Shown here: one piece after another, positions 23,919-28,875 of the stretch | Numbering within the stretch: position 1 is the first letter of the stretch | Layout of the letters: each line of letters starts with the position of its first letter | Virus record (IMG/VR): IMGVR_UViG_3300042334_000609 | Span: 1 to 28,875 of that record | Source: a virus | Lineage: Duplodnaviria; Caudoviricetes | Direction: 5' to 3' (one strand) | DNA length: 28,875 bases | Position numbers and translations under genes: made by a program | Notes under the pieces: model-generated | Database searches by the model: none | What the model was told of the DNA's origin: nothing | What the model saw: only the letters and a program-made list of their open reading frames with translations

Positions 23919-23959
23919 TAAATCTACAACTTCTCCACAAATAAACAATGCATTGTGGA
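23919..23959 (-). promoter_or_regulatory. Promoter with overlapping palindromic operator
   Basis: On the - strand TTG(23948-46)-N19-TAGATTTA(23926-19). TCCACAA(23934-40)/TTGTGGA(23953-59) inverted repeat and ACAATGCATTGT(23945-56) palindrome. Confidence 0.55.
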
Positions 23960-23969
23960 AGAAATATTT

Positions 23970-25319
23970 TTATTCATTATTCCATTGCCTTACGATTGTT
24001 GTTTTCTCAGGAATGGGAAGGGGTTTGAACTTAGGAGCGTAGTCCATGACCTTGGTATACTTTAGGTCGGTAGAGGCAACAGCTACTCCAAGCTCTCCGT
24101 TTCTATTCTTGCGGACCAATATCTCCATCACATCCTTAGCATCCTCGAAGGCTGGAGCAGACTCTTCCATATACGCTGCTGGACGATAACAGAACAGCAC
24201 CTTGTCTGCATCATATTCCAGCTGGCCACTCTCTCTAAGGTCTGCCATAAATGGTCTCTTATCTTCTCTCTCTTCGACTTTCCGACTTAAGGATGATATA
24301 AGACATATCCAAACACCTTGACGCTTACACATAGCCTTAAACTGCTTCGAGATGTTAGTGATTTGCTCTACCTTGTTTTTCATCTTATCCTCCCTCATCG
24401 GAGAGACAAGCTGGAGGTAGTCGATGTACACGCCTTCCACTCCATGCTGGCGAACCATCCTTGCTATCTCGGATTCTATCTTGACCGGGTCGGCATCGGG
24501 TTGATCACTAATGTACAGCTTAGTGTTTTTAAGTTTGTCTACATGGGCAGCCACTTGGTTTATCTCCTGAACGCTGAGGTTCTCTACGATGTTGATGAAC
24601 TTCTTACCATCTATCTCGGTAGAGTTGCTTAGAAGCCTTGAGGTAAGCTGCTCGGTAGACATCTCCATAGTGATGAAGCCAACTGCTGTATCCTTCTGCG
24701 CTTGGTTGTATGCCATCTGAAGTGCGAGCGTTGTTTTGCCATGGGCAGGTCTGCCTCCAAGGATTATGAAGTCCCCAGGCTGGAAGCCATTCACGATACT
24801 GTCTAAGGCTCTTAGGTGCGTCTTAGTGGACTTAACTTTCTCCTTGCCATCCTTTATCCTCGCAATCTTCTTAACGAAGCTTAGAGCAGCTGTATGAACA
24901 TCTGTGCTGGTAGCATCGATGTCATCCGCATTAAGGACATTGAACTGCTCGAAAGCCTTCGGGATGTCGAAGTCTGCCATAAGCTCCCTCTTTATCTCTT
25001 CCAGCTTATTAGCCTTGTACATATCATGCAGTTCGGCTATGTAGTGTTTAACGTGCTGAAGCTCGAAGATACCGCCAGCACTCATCTCTGCCAGCTTAGA
25101 AGCATTAGAAGCAAATCCTAAGTCCTTCATCTTTTTAAAGATGGTGAGTACATCTACTGGCTTAGACTCCCGATGGAGAACCTGGCAAGCAGCGAAGATG
25201 TTTCTACGCTCACCGCTGAAGTACTCCGCTCTTAGAGATGTAATTACATTGCCCGTATTCATATCGGGGGACATGAGTACTGCGAGGACTTTTTCTTGGA
25301 CTGCTTCAGAATATTGCAT
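23970..25319 (-). CDS. dnaB: Replicative DnaB-like helicase
   Basis: Walker A GGRPAHGKTT, FITMEMS, YIDYLQL, DLRESGQLEYDAD and KNRNG. Confidence 0.95.
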   Translation of the reverse strand: MQYSEAVQEKVLAVLMSPDMNTGNVITSLRAEYFSGERRNIFAACQVLHRESKPVDVLTIFKKMKDLGFASNASKLAEMSAGGIFELQHVKHYIAELHDMYKANKLEEIKRELMADFDIPKAFEQFNVLNADDIDATSTDVHTAALSFVKKIARIKDGKEKVKSTKTHLRALDSIVNGFQPGDFIILGGRPAHGKTTLALQMAYNQAQKDTAVGFITMEMSTEQLTSRLLSNSTEIDGKKFINIVENLSVQEINQVAAHVDKLKNTKLYISDQPDADPVKIESEIARMVRQHGVEGVYIDYLQLVSPMREDKMKNKVEQITNISKQFKAMCKRQGVWICLISSLSRKVEEREDKRPFMADLRESGQLEYDADKVLFCYRPAAYMEESAPAFEDAKDVMEILVRKNRNGELGVAVASTDLKYTKVMDYAPKFKPLPIPEKTTIVRQWNNE

Positions 25320-26016
25320 TGGCTGGTGGCTGGTAAGTTGTTGTTTCTTTCTTTATTGGGGTTGCAAAAATAGATGGAATTTCATCATTGAAGCACTTTT
25401 GATTTAAATAAGTTGTTGGAAGCTTTCGGTAGTTAGGGTCACTCTTCCAAAGGACATAGCTACTGACTGTCTCTAAGACCTTATCCATCTCTTCGGGAGA
25501 TAGCTTATGCCATGACTTGAGTGCTGTTGCTCTGCTTTCCTTTTTATTGTAGACTTCCCAAAATATGTTAAACTTATCCACAATGCTTGTAGGTTCTAAA
25601 TCTTTTGCTTTTTTATCAATTAGACTTTTCTTTTCATTCTTTACATTCTTTTTACTGTCTTCAGTTTGTCTTTGAATCGTCTTCTCATCGTGTAGCGACC
25701 CCTGATAACTATCATAGTTACAAATAGTTATCCGTGTGTACTTTGCCGAACTTTCAGAATTTACCATGAAATCTTTTTGAAGAATCGATATAAACTGCCT
25801 AAGGTAGTCTTTAGAGACTCCTAGGGTAGATGCGATGTCTCTTAGGCTGCCGACTATCTCACCTCTTCGGCATTCTATCACTTCAGAGCCTATAAGCACC
25901 TTCTGATTGCTGTGTGAAGCGTTGAGCAGGATACCTACCCAACACTTCAGTTTAACAGCATCTGACCATATCCAATGATCTTGTAGGGACCGCTCTATCT
26001 TAATCCATCCGCTCAT
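25306..26016 (-). CDS. Phage replication initiator / replisome organiser
   Basis: MSGWIKIERSLQDHWIW...RGEIVGS (wHTH)...ITICNYDSYQ and C-terminal FNIFWEVYNKK..PTTYLNQ; adjacent to DnaB; start set at ATG 26016 by an ATGA overlap. Confidence 0.85.
   Translation of the reverse strand: MSGWIKIERSLQDHWIWSDAVKLKCWVGILLNASHSNQKVLIGSEVIECRRGEIVGSLRDIASTLGVSKDYLRQFISILQKDFMVNSESSAKYTRITICNYDSYQGSLHDEKTIQRQTEDSKKNVKNEKKSLIDKKAKDLEPTSIVDKFNIFWEVYNKKESRATALKSWHKLSPEEMDKVLETVSSYVLWKSDPNYRKLPTTYLNQKCFNDEIPSIFATPIKKETTTYQPPANAIF
25574..25694. other. Candidate replication origin inside the initiator gene
   Basis: GTCTT at 25657, 25668 and 25679 (11-bp period), next to a strand-asymmetric AT-rich tract (~25600-25654) and a perfect DnaA box TTATCCACA (25574-25582). 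Confidence 0.45.
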
Positions 26017-26186
26017 TCTTCCTCCATCAGTTCGAGTTCGTCCAATACAGCCTCCCAAAAGTCTATCTCCTCCTGGTCACCATTCCAAGTGACATCATCT
26101 AATATTTCTAAGGCATTAAGCTCTGCGGACTTCTTATCGCCATTGTGCCGGTGCAACAACGACAATGCTTTCATTTCTGCTGTCAT
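26013..26186 (-). CDS. Small acidic protein (57 aa), absent from the ORF track
   Basis: MTAEMKALSLLHRHNGDKKSAELNALEILDDVTWNGDQEEIDFWEAVLDELELMEEE; ATGA overlaps at both ends. Confidence 0.75.
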   Translation of the reverse strand: MTAEMKALSLLHRHNGDKKSAELNALEILDDVTWNGDQEEIDFWEAVLDELELMEEE

Positions 26187-26539
26187 TTCTTTTCCTCCGT
26201 ATTGTTTAATAGATGATTAGTGGTTGATGGCTCTACAATGCCTCCCTCAGTAGGTATGTATTGAGTTGCTTGCCTATTTTCTTCAAACATCATACTCCCA
26301 TCATATAGCAGCACGTTGCTATTTTCAGATACCTGCATTAGTGACTTTCTTATCATTTCTTGAAACCAATCTGCGCTTATAGCTGCTTGAGGAGCTTGAA
26401 ATTCGTAAACAACCCTTTCAAACCCTATTTCGTAGGATACTGTCTGACCGAGCCATCTGCGCCACCATTTAGGGTGAGGCATTGGCTTAGTATAGTGGTC
26501 TGGTCTTTTTAAAAATACGCTTGCTTTATAATTTTTCAT
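26183..26539 (-). CDS. Hypothetical protein
   Basis: 118 aa ORF, co-oriented and tightly packed. Confidence 0.65.
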   Translation of the reverse strand: MKNYKASVFLKRPDHYTKPMPHPKWWRRWLGQTVSYEIGFERVVYEFQAPQAAISADWFQEMIRKSLMQVSENSNVLLYDGSMMFEENRQATQYIPTEGGIVEPSTTNHLLNNTEEKK

Positions 26540-26545
26540 GGCTGG

Positions 26546-26989
26546 TTATTTAAAAGAGATTGCTATGCTTGCTTTGGTAGGCTTAGGGGGAAGCAATGGC
26601 ACTACCTCTCCAGTAGCCTCATCCACTACCTGCACTCCACCTTTCATCTTATACACTTGCTTGAGGATAGACTCCCTTGCTTTAACAGCCTCTTTGAGTT
26701 CTCTTAAAACAGCATCCTCATCGAGGTCGGGAGTGTCTGCACCCTCCTTGAGTTGGATAGTAGCACCGAAGGCTTCAAAGGACTTGCCTCCGTACTTCAT
26801 TGCCTCTTCCCTCGTTAACTCCTCAGTCTTCTCGATGAGTTCGGCTAAAGCCTTCGTAAGGGCCTTAGCTTTGATGTGCAGTTCGAGAGGGTCAGCCTCG
26901 CCATTCTCTACAAGGGAAATCATTTTGTTTGCGTACTCGGAGATGTCAGCCTTGCCGACATTACTCCTTGGGATTTCGATTAAGTTCAC
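26546..26989 (-). CDS. Hypothetical protein of the recombination/replication module
   Basis: 147 aa, helical, with VDEATGEV motif; GTGA overlap with the methyltransferase stop. Confidence 0.75.
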   Translation of the reverse strand: MNLIEIPRSNVGKADISEYANKMISLVENGEADPLELHIKAKALTKALAELIEKTEELTREEAMKYGGKSFEAFGATIQLKEGADTPDLDEDAVLRELKEAVKARESILKQVYKMKGGVQVVDEATGEVVPLLPPKPTKASIAISFK

Positions 26990-28521
26990 TTTGTTTCGTT
27001 TAAAAGGTTTGCAATGTAATCAATTCTTTTTCCAATCCAATGCATCACGGGTACTGCCATAGAATTTCCGCAGGCTTTATATCGTGGTCCATCGGGGCAT
27101 TTGTCTATCGGCTTATTACGATAAGGTATTCTTGTCCAAGAATCAGGAAATCCCTGAAGTCTTTCACATTCGGTAGGGGTCAATCTTCTGATAGCCATAG
27201 TGTTTTGAGCCTGCTGAATAGCATTAATTTCAGATACAGCTTCATCACTACAACCACCACGGCTGCCTTTACATTGTGTAATGGTAGGAGCAAGTATTTG
27301 AGGCTGCAATACCGCTCCATAGTGGTTTACATCACTTGCAGAGCTGCCGATGGTTTGGCTTGTCTTCTCGTTGACTGTCTGATTGTAGCAGTCTACTGCG
27401 AGGGGTTGTAATACCTTTAAATCACTATCTGCCTGAGTAATGGTTGGGCTTTTGGTCGGGTTTTCAGTAATGTACAGCCCTCCATTTGGTCTGTCTTTCC
27501 TTTTGCCATTTGTATCATTAAAACAAATTTGAATAGGCTGCGCTATCATCTGATCTTGCACAGCACCGATGGTAAATACACGCTCATCTTGACCAAGGTA
27601 TCCTTTTCCAGCCTTCTTGCCCGGAGTTCCTCCTTGCTCGCCAGTCTCTACCTCTGAGCCTCCTCTTATCTTGAAGGCGTGAGCGACTGCGTGAGGTCCC
27701 TTAGCAACTAATGATGGCATTGTCTCCCCTTCCTCAATGTATGGCTCATACTGAGCGTTTACACCTTGGTTGAAGGCTGCTCTATCAATGATGGTAGGCT
27801 CGGTAACTATCGGTGCTTCATGAACGCAGCTAAGGGTAGGACAGCTATTGTTTGTGGTTATCTCAGCATTTGCCTGCCCATGCGCCATCGCTATCGTTCT
27901 GCCACTCTCTCCAATGCCATCCTGAGCTGGTCGGGGAGTTTCTTTCCCCTTTTTTCTGCTCTTCTCAAGATTCCATTGCAAGCTGTGGGACTCAAATAAT
28001 ACTGCTGCGGCAGGTCTCCAGTCTCCAAGGTATCCGACAACAAACACTCTTCTTCTTCGCTGTGCGACTCCAAAGTACTGAGCGTCAAGAATGCGGTAGG
28101 CGAACCCATACCCGAGTTCTGCCAACGCTGTGAGGAAGGTTGCAAAATCCCTTCCTCCGTTACTTGACAACACACCGGGGACATTTTCCCAAACAATCCA
28201 TTGTGGCTTCTTTCTTTCAGCCAAGCTGAGGTAAGTGAGCATGAGGTTTCCTCTAGGGTCATCAAGTCCCTTTCTAAGTCCTGCGACCGAGAAGGATTGG
28301 CAGGGTGTTCCTCCAACGAGAACATCGATAGTTGAGTCATTAAATATTGGGTTTAAGTGAATTTGAGTCATGTCTCCCAAATTGGGAACATTCGGGAATC
28401 TATAATCTAATACAGCGGAGGGGAATGGCTCTATCTCCGAGAACCATTGTGCCTCCCAGCCAAGAGGATGCCACGCAACAGTAGCAGCCTCTATGCCGGA
28501 ACAAACAGATCCATACCTCAC
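26986..28521 (-). CDS. DNA (cytosine-5)-methyltransferase with a long variable region
   Basis: Motif I SVCSGIEA, IV GGTPCQSFS, VI ENVPG, VIII QRRRRVF, IX RRLTPTECERLQGFP and X YKACGNS. Confidence 0.95.
   Translation of the reverse strand: MRYGSVCSGIEAATVAWHPLGWEAQWFSEIEPFPSAVLDYRFPNVPNLGDMTQIHLNPIFNDSTIDVLVGGTPCQSFSVAGLRKGLDDPRGNLMLTYLSLAERKKPQWIVWENVPGVLSSNGGRDFATFLTALAELGYGFAYRILDAQYFGVAQRRRRVFVVGYLGDWRPAAAVLFESHSLQWNLEKSRKKGKETPRPAQDGIGESGRTIAMAHGQANAEITTNNSCPTLSCVHEAPIVTEPTIIDRAAFNQGVNAQYEPYIEEGETMPSLVAKGPHAVAHAFKIRGGSEVETGEQGGTPGKKAGKGYLGQDERVFTIGAVQDQMIAQPIQICFNDTNGKRKDRPNGGLYITENPTKSPTITQADSDLKVLQPLAVDCYNQTVNEKTSQTIGSSASDVNHYGAVLQPQILAPTITQCKGSRGGCSDEAVSEINAIQQAQNTMAIRRLTPTECERLQGFPDSWTRIPYRNKPIDKCPDGPRYKACGNSMAVPVMHWIGKRIDYIANLLNETK
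27891..28340 (-). CDS. Nested alternative-frame ORF resembling the beta polypeptide of M.EcoHK31I-type methyltransferases
   Basis: 149 aa, same strand and different frame, spanning motifs IV-VIII; ends LSDTLETGDLPQQYYLSPTACNGILRRAEKRGKKLP. Confidence 0.6.
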   Translation of the reverse strand: MTQLSMFSLEEHPANPSRSQDLERDLMTLEETSCSLTSAWLKERSHNGLFGKMSPVCCQVTEEGILQPSSQRWQNSGMGSPTAFLTLSTLESHSEEEECLLSDTLETGDLPQQYYLSPTACNGILRRAEKRGKKLPDQLRMALERVAER

Positions 28522-28875
28522 TTTAAGAAGGCTTGAAGGTCTACGATAAGGAGATTGATGTCGGTAGCACCAAGATGCTCAATACGCTTGAGTTGGTCAA
28601 ACTTGTACTTCATAGCTATGCGGACCAATCCACCAGCATCTTTGTTTTTACCTTGCTCCCAAAGTTCCTTAGCCATCTTCACCTGGCCATCACTCGCTGG
28701 CTTCTGCTGTGGTGCTGGCAGTGGCTGTGCTGGAGGAGTAGTTCTGCCTGAAGCCATATTGGCATCGTCATCAAATGCCATCAAGGCCAAGCAGCTCTGC
28801 AAAGTGTACCTGCGGAAATAAGTTATCTCAGATCCGACAGCCTGGGGATTGTTGCTGCCAGTCAGCTTCATCTCG
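28518..28875 (-). CDS. ERF-family single-strand annealing protein, 5'-truncated by the window edge
   Basis: QAVGSEITYFRRYTLQSCLALMAFDDDAN matches the ERF motif GSxxTYxRRY...DDD; the frame is open to the right edge. Confidence 0.85.
   Translation of the reverse strand, partial: EMKLTGSNNPQAVGSEITYFRRYTLQSCLALMAFDDDANMASGRTTPPAQPLPAPQQKPASDGQVKMAKELWEQGKNKDAGGLVRIAMKYKFDQLKRIEHLGATDINLLIVDLQAFLK

Noticed and set aside
1-28875. tRNA, rRNA, integrase, transposase, intron/intein or CRISPR array
   Set aside because: None recognisable by eye; intergenic gaps are short and mostly accounted for by promoters, terminators and the structures above.

Overview
Part of a tailed dsDNA phage genome, standard genetic code. 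The host is probably Bacteroidota, inferred from repeated TAnnTTTG promoter elements just before genes and A-rich, mostly SD-less start contexts. The + strand (1-18667) is the late region. It carries a truncated structural gene, a putative tail-tube gene, and a glycosylation cassette (GT8-like, GT2/GT7-like, GT10 fucosyltransferase-like, FkbM methyltransferase). These are followed by a portal with a DnaJ-type Zn finger, minor head, scaffold, major capsid and neck/tail-completion genes, two paralogous receptor-binding proteins, a lysis cassette and a metallophosphoesterase. The - strand (18664-28875) is the early/replication region: ERF recombinase, C5 DNA methyltransferase with a nested alternative-frame ORF, replication initiator, DnaB, RHH-like regulator, stand-alone DnaA domain IV protein, SSB-like protein, DUF1064-type nuclease, SAM methyltransferase and ParB-like protein. 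The main unexplained signals are (i) three related H-type pseudoknots with different but compensatory stems, ending 25-26 nt before the tail-tube and major-capsid start codons; (ii) five promoters placed to give leaderless mRNAs; (iii) a candidate ~64-nt sRNA with its own promoter and terminator; and (iv) the glycosylation cassette inside the morphogenesis module. All family calls come from reading motifs by eye; no searches were run.
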